Assembly: GCA_023245155.1 (NCBI GenBank)
Contig: JAHFKV010000001.1
Coordinates: 267,034-331,033, forward strand
DNA: 64,000 nucleotides
Source: Candidatus Staskawiczbacteria bacterium
Lineage (GTDB): Bacteria; Patescibacteriota; Minisyncoccia; Minisyncoccales; Staskawiczbacteraceae
Reading direction: 5' to 3'
Below are positions 43,483 to 53,032 of this stretch, piece by piece. Both the position numbers and the translations under genes were made by a program. Within the stretch, counting starts at the first letter, position 1. Each line of letters begins with the position of its first letter. Below the pieces are notes generated by a model that ran no database searches, had not been told where the DNA came from, and saw only the letters and a list, made by a program, of their open reading frames with translations.

Positions 43483-44389
43483 AGCTCATAAAGAATATGG
43501 CGGCAATATTGAAGAAGGTGAACTGGTTTGTCCGTCTGGCCATATTTTCCCCATTACCAACAGCATTCCTCGGATGCTGGTGGGCCCGTTATCAGAGGTT
43601 AAGAAAAAAACCGCTGAAAGTTTTGGATTTGAGTGGGAAGCCTTTTCTGACATGCGGAGTGAATGGAAACAGAACTTTGATTTTTATTTTGAACCCGCAG
43701 AAAAAGTGGCTTTCCCAGAAATGGTGGCTCTTGAGGTTGGTTGCGGCAACGGCAGGCATACCCGTTATGCCGCCCAGCGTTTCAAGGAATTGATATCCGT
43801 TGACTTAGGTGGGGCGGTTGATGTGGCCTTTAAAAATAATAACAATGCAACCAATCTCCATTTTATCCAAGCCGATCTTGACCACTTACCGTTCAAGCAA
43901 AACCGGTTTGATTTTATTTTTTGCATTGGTGTGTTGCATCACCTTCCAAATCCCGAAGGTGGTTTTAAAAAGTTAGTTGGGTTGGTCAAGAGCGGAGGTA
44001 ATTTGTTGATTTACGTTTACCATAGCTTTCCGGTAACGCACATCAATTTTTATCTGTTGCACATAGTAAACTTTTTCCGGCGCATCACTACCAAGTTGCC
44101 CCATCCAGTTTTGTATGCTCTCTGCTATCCCTTGGCTGCTGCTTCATATCTGTTTTTGGTGTTGCCGTATAAAGTTTTTTTTAAACACGTTGTCAAGCAA
44201 GGCTGGCCCCTGGGCGCGTACGTAAATTACTCTTTTTTTGTCATGCTCAATGACACCTTCGACCGCTTTTCAGCTCCCATTGAAAACCGTTATTCAAAAG
44301 AACAAATTACCGCCTGGTATGCCCGCGCCCAATTACAAGAGGTGCAAGTTTTAGGGGGCAGCGGCTGGCGGGTGTTTGGAAAAAAATAA
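43421..44389 (+). CDS. SAM-dependent methyltransferase with N-terminal Trm112-like zinc ribbon
   Basis: CPLCGKDL...CPSGHIFPITNSIPRML followed by ALEVGCGNGRHT. Confidence 0.8.
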   Translation: MRQRLLDFIVCPLCGKDLSSRAHKEYGGNIEEGELVCPSGHIFPITNSIPRMLVGPLSEVKKKTAESFGFEWEAFSDMRSEWKQNFDFYFEPAEKVAFPEMVALEVGCGNGRHTRYAAQRFKELISVDLGGAVDVAFKNNNNATNLHFIQADLDHLPFKQNRFDFIFCIGVLHHLPNPEGGFKKLVGLVKSGGNLLIYVYHSFPVTHINFYLLHIVNFFRRITTKLPHPVLYALCYPLAAASYLFLVLPYKVFFKHVVKQGWPLGAYVNYSFFVMLNDTFDRFSAPIENRYSKEQITAWYARAQLQEVQVLGGSGWRVFGKK

Positions 44390-44393
44390 TCGT

Positions 44394-46238
44394 ATGTGTG
44401 GAATTGCCGGAATATATCGTATTGATCGAAAGCCTGTTGACCAGAAAACCTTGCAGGCGATGGTGGAAAAGCTCAAGCATCGGGGTCCCGATGACACTGG
44501 TATTTTTTTGCGCCAACACGTGGGTTTAGGTCACAGTCGGCTTTCCATCATTGACCTTTCGCCAGCCGGGCATCAGCCCATGCAAGATGCCACCGGAAAT
44601 TTCCAGATTGTTTTTAACGGGGAAATTTATAACTTCAAAGAATTACGGAGTCAGCTGGAATTATTGGGCCACACATTTGTTTCCAAAACAGACACAGAGG
44701 TTATTTTGGCCGCCTACCAAACGTGGGGCTTAGCTTGTCTGGATAAATTGCGCGGCATGTTTGCGTTTGCCATTTATGACGCGCGCCAAAATGAAATATT
44801 TCTCGCCCGCGATCGGATGGGTGAAAAACCATTATATTATTATCATGATGCAAAAAAGCTGGTATTTGCTTCAGAAATAAAAGCTATCTTAGAAGACGCA
44901 ACTATTCCCCGAGAAATTGATCGGCAGGGCCTGGTGAATTATTTTACTTTCGGCCATTCCGTAGCTCCCGATACCATGTATCAAGGCATTAAAAAGTTGC
45001 TGCCGGGGAACTATTTGAAACTGAAAAACGGAGCGGTTACTACGCAAGCATATTGGGCTATATCGTTTGCTCGCCAAGAGGACCGGGGCAAAACCTATTA
45101 TCGGCAAGAAATCCAAAGGCGGTTTGAAGATTCGGTAGCTGAGCGGTTGATTTCTGACGTTCCCCTGGGAGTTTTTTTAAGCGGGGGAGTTGATTCAAGT
45201 GCGGTGGTAGCCATGATGGCCAAGCTGGGAGTCTCGCCCATAAAAACCTTTTCCGTGGGATTTAATATCCCCGGGCAGGAGTTTAATGAATTAACCAATG
45301 CCAAGGTTGTAGCTGATTACTTTGCAACAGACCATCATGAATTATTGCTCCAAGAAAATGATCTGGTTGGCACCTTGGAAAAATTAGTCTATCACTTTGA
45401 TGAACCGTTTGGAGACGCCGCCAATTTCCCCGTTTTTTACATGAGCCAGTTTGCTAAAAACCAGGTGAGTGTGGCATTGACGGGCGATGGCGGAGATGAA
45501 ATTTTTGGTGGATACCGGCGCTATGCCGCAGAGAAAAATCGTTCTTTATTGCTGCCATTGAGCTGGTTGGTTCCTGGCAACCTGGGAGGGTTTCGCAAAA
45601 CGCAAAAATTGGCGGCCGCTTTGCCCTTGGCTGATAATTTATTGCGCCACACCCGCTGGATATCTTTTTTTTCTCCAGCCATGCTGCAGCAACTTTTTTT
45701 GAAACCCATCCAGGCTAATCCCTTGAAAATGTACCAGCAGTATTTTAACGGTGCTTCGTTTGCCAGCCAAGCCGATGCGATGATGTATTTGGATCAAAAG
45801 ATTTTACTGCCAGACGCTTATCTGGAAAAAGTGGACAAGGCCAGTATGGCGGTGGGATTAGAAACTCGGCCGCCGCTACTTGACCATCGTTTGGTGGAGC
45901 TTGCCAATACCATACCGGTCAAATATAAAATCAGGGGATTTGAAGGCAAGCTGATTTTTAAAGAAGCCATGGCCGGCTTGTTGCCCAAGTCAGTGTTACG
46001 CAAAAAGAAACATGGCTTTGCGGTTCCCACTAATCGCTGGTTCCGGGGGAAATTGCAGCGCTACCTTGCTGAAGTTTTGTTTGACCCAAAAACTAAAAGC
46101 CGCGGCTATTTTAATTATGAGTATATTGAAAAACTTTACCAAGCATATCAGAACCAAAACCAACCTTTTGATTCCCAGCTTTGGCTCTTGTTAAATTTCG
46201 AACTCTGGCACCGCCAGTATTTAGACAAATCATTATGA
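44394..46238 (+). CDS. asnB: asparagine synthase (glutamine-hydrolysing) family amidotransferase
   Basis: MCGIAGIY Ntn-Cys start at 44394; SGGVDSS PP-loop motif. Confidence 0.9.
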   Translation: MCGIAGIYRIDRKPVDQKTLQAMVEKLKHRGPDDTGIFLRQHVGLGHSRLSIIDLSPAGHQPMQDATGNFQIVFNGEIYNFKELRSQLELLGHTFVSKTDTEVILAAYQTWGLACLDKLRGMFAFAIYDARQNEIFLARDRMGEKPLYYYHDAKKLVFASEIKAILEDATIPREIDRQGLVNYFTFGHSVAPDTMYQGIKKLLPGNYLKLKNGAVTTQAYWAISFARQEDRGKTYYRQEIQRRFEDSVAERLISDVPLGVFLSGGVDSSAVVAMMAKLGVSPIKTFSVGFNIPGQEFNELTNAKVVADYFATDHHELLLQENDLVGTLEKLVYHFDEPFGDAANFPVFYMSQFAKNQVSVALTGDGGDEIFGGYRRYAAEKNRSLLLPLSWLVPGNLGGFRKTQKLAAALPLADNLLRHTRWISFFSPAMLQQLFLKPIQANPLKMYQQYFNGASFASQADAMMYLDQKILLPDAYLEKVDKASMAVGLETRPPLLDHRLVELANTIPVKYKIRGFEGKLIFKEAMAGLLPKSVLRKKKHGFAVPTNRWFRGKLQRYLAEVLFDPKTKSRGYFNYEYIEKLYQAYQNQNQPFDSQLWLLLNFELWHRQYLDKSL

Positions 46239-47401
46239 AAAATCCAAACTTAAAAATTTGTCATATTGCCAGCGTTGATATTACGGTAAAGTATTTACTC
46301 ATGCCTCAGTTAAAGTTTTTGGCTGGCCATGGGTATCAGGTGTATGCGGTTTGTTCTCCGGGGATGTTGACAGAAGAAATTAAAAAAGAAGGGATCAGGC
46401 TCCACCATATTCCTATTCCCAGGAAGTTATTTACCCCAGTAGCTGACATTTTGGCGTTAGTGAAACTATACTGGTATTTTAAAAAAGAAAAATTTGATGT
46501 GGTGCATACCCATGCGCCCAAACCCGGATTCCTCGGCCAGTTAGCTGCCAAGATGGCGGGGGTTCCCGTGATTATTAACACCATTCATGGCTTATATTTT
46601 ACCGAACATTCTTCCTGGCTGAGAAGAGCCGCCTTTATTGCCATTGAAAGAGTTTCCGCCAAATGCTCTACCCTGATTTTTTCCCAGAATCAAGAAGATA
46701 TGGAAACCATAGTCAAAGAGGGAATCGCCACAAGAGAAAAACTGCGGTATCTGGGGAACGGGATTAATATGCGACGCTTTGATCCTGAAAAATTCAGCCA
46801 ACGGTTTATTGAAGAGAAGAAAAAAACCTTAGGCATTCCAAAGGGCAAGGTGGTGATTGGTACCACGGGGCGTTTGGTTTGGGAAAAAGGGTATCGGGAA
46901 ATATTTTTAGCTTTGCAGGAGGTGATTAAACGGTATCCGAATATATTTTTTGTGGCCGTGGGGCCCCAAGATAAAGAAAAGCGTGATGGTTTTGGCTCCG
47001 ATGCGATTACCGCATACGGGTTGGAAAACTACACCCTCTTTTTGGGAGAACGCAAAGATATGGAAGAGTTGTATCCTTGCATCGATCTTTTTGTGTTTGC
47101 TTCGCATCGGGAAGGGTTTCCTCGGTCTGTCTTGGAAGCCATGGCTATGGAGCGACCCATTATTGCCACCAACATTCGTGGTTGCCGGGAAGAAATTACT
47201 GACCGTCAGCACGGATTGTTAGTACCTCCCAAAAATTCGTCGGCCTTGGCCCAAGCTATTATCTCCTTATTACAAGATGTACCCAACGCACGGATGTTGG
47301 CAAAAAATGCTAGAATAAGGGCATTGGCGGAGTTTGACGAAATGACGGTTTTTAACCGGTTATTGAAAGGATATGAAACATGTTTTGAAAAGAATCATTG
47401 A
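46235..47401 (+). CDS. glycosyltransferase family 4 (GT-B)
   Basis: REGFPRSVLEAMAMERPIIATNIRG. ATGA overlap with asnB. Confidence 0.88.
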   Translation: MKNPNLKICHIASVDITVKYLLMPQLKFLAGHGYQVYAVCSPGMLTEEIKKEGIRLHHIPIPRKLFTPVADILALVKLYWYFKKEKFDVVHTHAPKPGFLGQLAAKMAGVPVIINTIHGLYFTEHSSWLRRAAFIAIERVSAKCSTLIFSQNQEDMETIVKEGIATREKLRYLGNGINMRRFDPEKFSQRFIEEKKKTLGIPKGKVVIGTTGRLVWEKGYREIFLALQEVIKRYPNIFFVAVGPQDKEKRDGFGSDAITAYGLENYTLFLGERKDMEELYPCIDLFVFASHREGFPRSVLEAMAMERPIIATNIRGCREEITDRQHGLLVPPKNSSALAQAIISLLQDVPNARMLAKNARIRALAEFDEMTVFNRLLKGYETCFEKNH

Positions 47402-47975
47402 TGTGGCAGGAGCTTCTCTGGGCCTGGTAATACTTTCGCCGGTATTTTTAGTGGCAGCGCTTTGGATTGTGTTTGATTCTTCCGGTCCCATTTTCTTTTT
47501 ACAAGAGCGGATCGGTAAAAACGGTAAACTATTTTATCCTTTCAAATTCAGAACCATGGTTCAGGGAGCGGCTCAAAAAGGTTTGGGCAACACGGTTTCC
47601 CATGATGACGAGCGTATCACTGCCGCGGGCGCGTTTTTGCGTAAGTGGGGGATTGATGAGTTACCTCAACTATTGAACGTGGTAAAAGGGGAAATGAGTC
47701 TGGTTGGGCCACGGCCAACCCTGCGCTATCAGGTTGAAAAGTATAATGACTTCCAGAAAAAAAGGTTGTTAGTTAAGCCAGGTTTGGCGGGCTGGGCGTT
47801 GATTCACGGCCGGAACGCACTTGCCTGGAACCAGCGTATTGAGTATGATGTTTGGTATGTTGAACACTGGTCCCTTGGCCTGGATCTGTATATTATGATG
47901 AAAACGTTTTATATTATTTTAATCAAACAAGATGGCGTTTATGGCCAGGATGGTATAAACGATTCTTTTGTATAA
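47373..47975 (+). CDS. small phosphoglycosyl transferase (bacterial sugar transferase, PglC/WbaP-C-like)
   Basis: KRIIDVAGASLGLVILSPVFL...KFRTM...DELPQLLNVVKGEMSLVGPRP. Confidence 0.92.
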   Translation: MKHVLKRIIDVAGASLGLVILSPVFLVAALWIVFDSSGPIFFLQERIGKNGKLFYPFKFRTMVQGAAQKGLGNTVSHDDERITAAGAFLRKWGIDELPQLLNVVKGEMSLVGPRPTLRYQVEKYNDFQKKRLLVKPGLAGWALIHGRNALAWNQRIEYDVWYVEHWSLGLDLYIMMKTFYIILIKQDGVYGQDGINDSFV

Positions 47976-47978
47976 CGT

Positions 47979-48377
47979 ATGCAAGAAAGATTTAAAAATT
48001 GGCAAATGCCCGAAATAGAAGACAATAAACCAACCAAGTATAATTGGGTGGTTTGGAATGCGAAAAATCTTGAATTGGGTAAATATACCGATATCGGCGC
48101 TTTCACCTATGTTAACGCAAAACATGGGGTGGTGATTGAAGATGAAGTTCAAATCGGTTCACACTGTTCAATTTATTCCGTTTCCACCATAGACAATAAA
48201 CAGGGCAAAGTGGTTTTGAAAAAAAACTGCAAAATCGGCAGCCATTCAGTTATTATGCCTGGCGTGACGGTTGGTGAAAATTCCGTGGTCGGCGCTTTCA
48301 GCTTCGTTACTAAAGATATTCCTGACAACGTGGTGGCATTTGGAATCCCCGCAAAATTGATAAGAAAGTTATCGTAA
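47979..48377 (+). CDS. hexapeptide-repeat (left-handed beta-helix) acetyltransferase
   Basis: 132 aa with repeated [LIV]G-x4 hexapeptides (IGSHCSI, IGSHSVIMPGVTVGENSVVG). Confidence 0.8.
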   Translation: MQERFKNWQMPEIEDNKPTKYNWVVWNAKNLELGKYTDIGAFTYVNAKHGVVIEDEVQIGSHCSIYSVSTIDNKQGKVVLKKNCKIGSHSVIMPGVTVGENSVVGAFSFVTKDIPDNVVAFGIPAKLIRKLS

Positions 48378-48383
48378 CTTTTT

Positions 48384-49523
48384 ATGACTAAGCGTACAAA
48401 ATCTATTCCACTTTCGGGAGCGGATATTGGTCAAAAAGAGATTGACGCTGTTTTGGAAGTTCTTCAAAGTAAGCGTTTGGCCCTAGGGCCGACGTTAACT
48501 GCGTTTGAAAACGCGGCGGCAAGCTTTGTTGGCGTAAAACACGCCGTGGGGGTAAACAGCGCTACCAGTGGCTTGCATCTTATTATCAGGGCCCTGAGAA
48601 TAACCAAGGGTGATGAAGTAATTACCACCCCATTTTCTTTTGTTGCTTCATCAAACTGTATCTTATACGAAGGTGCCACTCCCGTTTTCGTGGATATTGA
48701 ACCGCATACGTTTAACATTGATGTTTCAAAAATAGAAGCAAAAATTACTAAAAAAACCAAAGCCATTTTGGCAGTGGACGTATTCAGTCATCCCGCTGAT
48801 TGGGATGCTTTACAAAAAATTGCTAAAAAACACAATTTATTTTTAATTGAAGATGCTGCTGAATCGTTAGGTTCAACCTATAAAGGCAAGCCCTGCGGCA
48901 GTTTTGGTGACGCGGCGGTGTTCGCCTTTTATCCCAACAAGCAAATTACCACAGGCGAAGGCGGCATGATTCTGACCAACAACAAAAAAATCGCAGACCT
49001 TTGCCGTAGCTTGTCTAACCAGGGCAGGGAGATTAAACATGGAGCTTGGTTAGCGCACGTGAGATTGGGTTACAATTATCGGCTTGATGAAATGTCTTCG
49101 GCCGTGGGCTTGGTCCAATTAACAAGGATCAAAGAAATTTTGGCCAAGCGTAAAAAGGTGGCAGCCTGGTATAGTAAAAAGTTGCAACAGGTTAAAGGGT
49201 TGAGGATTCCGCAAACTGCGCCAAATGCCACAATGAGCTGGTTTGTGTATGTGGTGTTACTGGACCAGAAATTGGCAGGAGTTAAACGCGATATGATACT
49301 GCAGAAGATGGTAAAAAAGGGAATTGCCTGCAGTAATTATTTTCAACCCATTCATTTGCAGCCCTTCTATAAAAAAGAATTTGGTTTTACGGCCGGAGAC
49401 TTTCCGGTTGCCGAAAACATTGGTTCTCGCACTCTGGCTCTGCCATTTTTCAACAATCTTACCCAAAGAGAAGTTGATTACGTGGTAAAAAGTGTAACGG
49501 AAATACTCCATGAATTTGTTTAA
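48384..49523 (+). CDS. DegT/DnrJ/EryC1/StrS-family sugar aminotransferase (PglE-like)
   Basis: AVNSATSGLHL and AFYPNKQITTGEGG (PLP Lys present). Confidence 0.9.
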   Translation: MTKRTKSIPLSGADIGQKEIDAVLEVLQSKRLALGPTLTAFENAAASFVGVKHAVGVNSATSGLHLIIRALRITKGDEVITTPFSFVASSNCILYEGATPVFVDIEPHTFNIDVSKIEAKITKKTKAILAVDVFSHPADWDALQKIAKKHNLFLIEDAAESLGSTYKGKPCGSFGDAAVFAFYPNKQITTGEGGMILTNNKKIADLCRSLSNQGREIKHGAWLAHVRLGYNYRLDEMSSAVGLVQLTRIKEILAKRKKVAAWYSKKLQQVKGLRIPQTAPNATMSWFVYVVLLDQKLAGVKRDMILQKMVKKGIACSNYFQPIHLQPFYKKEFGFTAGDFPVAENIGSRTLALPFFNNLTQREVDYVVKSVTEILHEFV

Positions 49524-51363
49524 AAAAACCGCTGCCAAACGGATGGTATTTTTTATTGTTTCAGACATGGTGCTCATTGCTCTGGCCGTGTGGCTTTCTT
49601 TTTTATTTCGTTTTGACGGTGCTATTCCCGAACTGTATTACCCCTTTATTATTCGGCTCATCATGCTGGCGGTGGTATTTGCAATACCGGTGTTTTATTT
49701 TCAGCGGTTATATTCGTTTTCCTGGTCGTATGTTTCTGCCAGCGAACTCGTGGCTCTATTCAAAGCCACTAGTGTGACTTTTGCCTTCTTGAGCATTACT
49801 ATTTTTTTCTCAAATTATTTTCCGCATTTTTCCAATTTTCCCCGCTCCACTCTGTTTATGAGTTATATCCTGGTGTTTATTTTTACCAGTGCCAGCCGTT
49901 TTTCCAAGCGCTTATATTCTTCAAGGATGCGTTTTTCTAAGGCCTCTGATGGGGATCGGACCTTAATTGCCGGCGCTGGAGACGCGGGCGAACAAATTTT
50001 GCGGGGCATTCTTTCTTCAAAATCCAATTCGTATTTCCCGATTGGCTTTGTTGATGATAATCCCATCAAACGTGGGATAAAAATCCACGGCCTAAGTGTA
50101 TTGGGGAAGATTTCTGACATTCCTGCGCTTGCCAAGGAGCACCAGGTTAAGCAATTGATTGTGGCTTTGCCCTCGGCTGCCAATGCCACTATTAGGAGTA
50201 CGGTGGAACTGGGAAAGAGCGCGGGCATCCGGAAAATTAAAATTGCCCCGGGGCTTAACGAAATTATGCGCGGGGAAGTTTCCTTAAAAAATTTAAAAGA
50301 TGTGGATGTGGAGGATTTACTGGGGCGTGACCCGGTGGTGTTAGATAAAAAAGAAATAGAACAGTTTATAAAAAATAACATCGTGGTCATTACCGGGGCG
50401 GCCGGCTCTATTGGTTCTGAACTTTCCCGCCAAGTAGCGAAATTCAAACCATCAATGCTCATGTTACTTGACCAGGACGAGACGGGGATATTTAATATTA
50501 CCGGGGAAATAAAAAGCAAGTTTCCAGCCCTGCCCATCGTTTCCCGGGTAGTAAATATTACAGACCGGGAAAACATAGAAGCTATATTCAACGAGTATGA
50601 ACCCCAAATTGTTTTTCACGCGGCTGCCTATAAACACGTTCCATTAATGGAAGAGCAGCCCGACCAGGCAATAAAGAACAATATTTTTGGCACCAAAGTG
50701 TTGTTAGATGCCAGTATTAACAGTGGCGTGGAAAAATTTATTTTCATTTCAACCGATAAGGCGGTTAATCCCACATCAATTATGGGTACTACCAAGCGCA
50801 TAGGTGAAATGATGTGCCAGGCCTATAACCAAAAAAACGGCACCAAGTTTATTTCGGTGCGCTTTGGAAACGTATTGAACAGCCGGGGAAGTGTTATCCC
50901 TATTTTCAAGGAACAGATTAAGAGGGGTGGCCCAGTGGAAGTGACTCATCCTGAAATGAAGCGCTATTTTATGCTCACCAAAGAAGCCTGCCTGCTGGTG
51001 ATGCAGGCAGGGGCGATGGGCCAGGGCGGCGAAGTGTTTGTGCTGGATATGGGCAAGCCTGTAAAAATCGTGGATCTGGCCAAAGAAATGATACGTTTAT
51101 CCGGCTTTGAACCAGATAAAGACATTGCCATTATTTTTATTGGTACCCGGCCCGGGGAAAAGCTGTTTGAAGAAATATTAACGGCAGAAGAAGGAATTGT
51201 AAGTACCCAAAACCAGAAAATTTTTATAGCCAAGATGAGTCAGGTGGATGTAACATACCTGGATCAGGTACTGGAATATTTACAGGATATCATCTATAAA
51301 AAAGAATCGGTTCTCTTGGCGCTGTCGCTTAAAAAAATAATCAACCGCGAGTCAGTTATGTAA
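49510..51363 (+). CDS. membrane-bound UDP-N-acetylglucosamine 4,6-dehydratase (CapD/PglF-like)
   Basis: 617 aa. Four N-terminal TM segments, VVITGAAGSIGSEL, YKHVPLME. Confidence 0.9.
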   Translation: MNLFKKTAAKRMVFFIVSDMVLIALAVWLSFLFRFDGAIPELYYPFIIRLIMLAVVFAIPVFYFQRLYSFSWSYVSASELVALFKATSVTFAFLSITIFFSNYFPHFSNFPRSTLFMSYILVFIFTSASRFSKRLYSSRMRFSKASDGDRTLIAGAGDAGEQILRGILSSKSNSYFPIGFVDDNPIKRGIKIHGLSVLGKISDIPALAKEHQVKQLIVALPSAANATIRSTVELGKSAGIRKIKIAPGLNEIMRGEVSLKNLKDVDVEDLLGRDPVVLDKKEIEQFIKNNIVVITGAAGSIGSELSRQVAKFKPSMLMLLDQDETGIFNITGEIKSKFPALPIVSRVVNITDRENIEAIFNEYEPQIVFHAAAYKHVPLMEEQPDQAIKNNIFGTKVLLDASINSGVEKFIFISTDKAVNPTSIMGTTKRIGEMMCQAYNQKNGTKFISVRFGNVLNSRGSVIPIFKEQIKRGGPVEVTHPEMKRYFMLTKEACLLVMQAGAMGQGGEVFVLDMGKPVKIVDLAKEMIRLSGFEPDKDIAIIFIGTRPGEKLFEEILTAEEGIVSTQNQKIFIAKMSQVDVTYLDQVLEYLQDIIYKKESVLLALSLKKIINRESVM

Positions 51364-51370
51364 TCTATCT

Positions 51371-53032
51371 ATGTTTGCCAACTCTAAAAAAGTATTCTTC
51401 GCAGCCACACTTTCTCTATTAGTGTGTTTTGCCTTCCAAGTAAAGGCCGCCAGCCCTGCTGCCTTGGATTTTAACGTCAATCAGAATTATGACGCTACCG
51501 ATCGTTCAGCAGTTCCCGCTTCCTTGGTTTTGACCACGCCCCAATTTTATTTTTATCTTGAAACGGATTTCTGGAATACGCAAACCCAAGACCAGAAAAA
51601 TGCCCTTATTGGCAGCATTAATGCTTTGTCTGACGAGTTTGCCAACAACATATACCCTGGCATCACTTCGCTGTTCGGGCAGGAAGCGCGGCCCGGTATT
51701 GATAACGACACCAAGATTACTGTTCTGTTTGAGTCCATGAAAGAGGGGAATGGCGGCTATTTCCGGCAGAATGACGAATATCAAAAGTTACAAGTGCCCG
51801 ATTCCAATCAACGGGAAATGGTTTATCTTTCTTTGGGGTACATTAACCAAATCAGCCAGCTGAAAGTGATTTTGGCCCACGAATTTATGCACCTGGTCAT
51901 TTTTAACCAAAAAAACAATGTGCAGGGCGTTCAGGAAGAAACCTGGTTAGATGAAGCCAGGTCAGACTACACTTCAACTCTGCTAGGATATGATGATCAT
52001 TATGAAGGAAGTAATTTACAATCGCGCGTAAATGATTTTCTGAAAAATCCCACCGATTCGTTGCCCGAATTCTTAAACACAAAATCAGATTTTGCTTCGG
52101 TGAACATTTTCATGCATTACTTGGTGGACCACTATGGCATTAATGTGTTGGCGGATTCGTTAAAATCTAAGTCTGTGGGTATTCTCAGTATTAATGAAGC
52201 GTTGACTAAAAACGGTTTTAAAGAAGATTTCGCTCAAATTTTTACCAATTGGACCATCGCCACTTTGATTAACGATTGTTCGCTGGATGTGAAATACTGT
52301 TACACCAATGAACATCTGGCTAATTTGAAAATAAGCCCTAACCTGGTGTTCTTGCCGCTGGTAGGTGGCAGTTCTTTATCAACCAACAATGTCACTAAAA
52401 ATTGGGCGGGGAATTGGCAAAAGATTATTGGAGGTAATGGTGACCTAACCCTGAAATTTTCTTCCGCGCCCGGAATAGTTTTCAAAGTTCCTTACCTGGT
52501 TTACGACAAGAATAATAATTACACGCTTAACTTCTTGGCTGTTGGGCCACAATCAAAAGGAGAAATTGAGATTAAGGATTTTGGTACCAAATACAGTTCG
52601 TTGGTGTTGATTCCCTCCGCCCAGTCAAAAATAACCGGTTTTAACGGACCGGAAGATTCTTACCCCTATACTTTCACCATTTCCATTAACCAGGCCGAAT
52701 CTTCCAGCCAGCCTGAAACCATCCAAAGCTTAAAGGATCAAATCGCGGCCTTAAAGGCGCAAATTGCAGTACTCTTGGCAGAAAAAAATCAAAGCTGTAA
52801 AGCTTTACAAAGCAATCTTTCGCTTGGAACTTCGGGGGCTGGTGTTACCTGTTTACAGCAATTTTTAAAAGCCCAAGGCACCGATATTTATCCTGAAGCT
52901 ATGGTGACGGGATTTTTCGGAAATCTCACCAAAGCGGCGGTTATCCGTTTTCAGAAAAAGTATGGTATCCCCCAAACCGGTTTTGTGGGAATATTAACCC
53001 GGACAAAAATTAACACGTTGCTTACTCCATGA
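51371..53032 (+). CDS. secreted HExxH metallopeptidase-like protein with C-terminal PG-binding domain
   Basis: Signal peptide (FQVKA/AS), LAHEFMHLV, coiled segment, then GAGVTCLQQFLKAQG...GFFGNLTKAAVIRFQKKYG. Confidence 0.65.
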   Translation: MFANSKKVFFAATLSLLVCFAFQVKAASPAALDFNVNQNYDATDRSAVPASLVLTTPQFYFYLETDFWNTQTQDQKNALIGSINALSDEFANNIYPGITSLFGQEARPGIDNDTKITVLFESMKEGNGGYFRQNDEYQKLQVPDSNQREMVYLSLGYINQISQLKVILAHEFMHLVIFNQKNNVQGVQEETWLDEARSDYTSTLLGYDDHYEGSNLQSRVNDFLKNPTDSLPEFLNTKSDFASVNIFMHYLVDHYGINVLADSLKSKSVGILSINEALTKNGFKEDFAQIFTNWTIATLINDCSLDVKYCYTNEHLANLKISPNLVFLPLVGGSSLSTNNVTKNWAGNWQKIIGGNGDLTLKFSSAPGIVFKVPYLVYDKNNNYTLNFLAVGPQSKGEIEIKDFGTKYSSLVLIPSAQSKITGFNGPEDSYPYTFTISINQAESSSQPETIQSLKDQIAALKAQIAVLLAEKNQSCKALQSNLSLGTSGAGVTCLQQFLKAQGTDIYPEAMVTGFFGNLTKAAVIRFQKKYGIPQTGFVGILTRTKINTLLTP

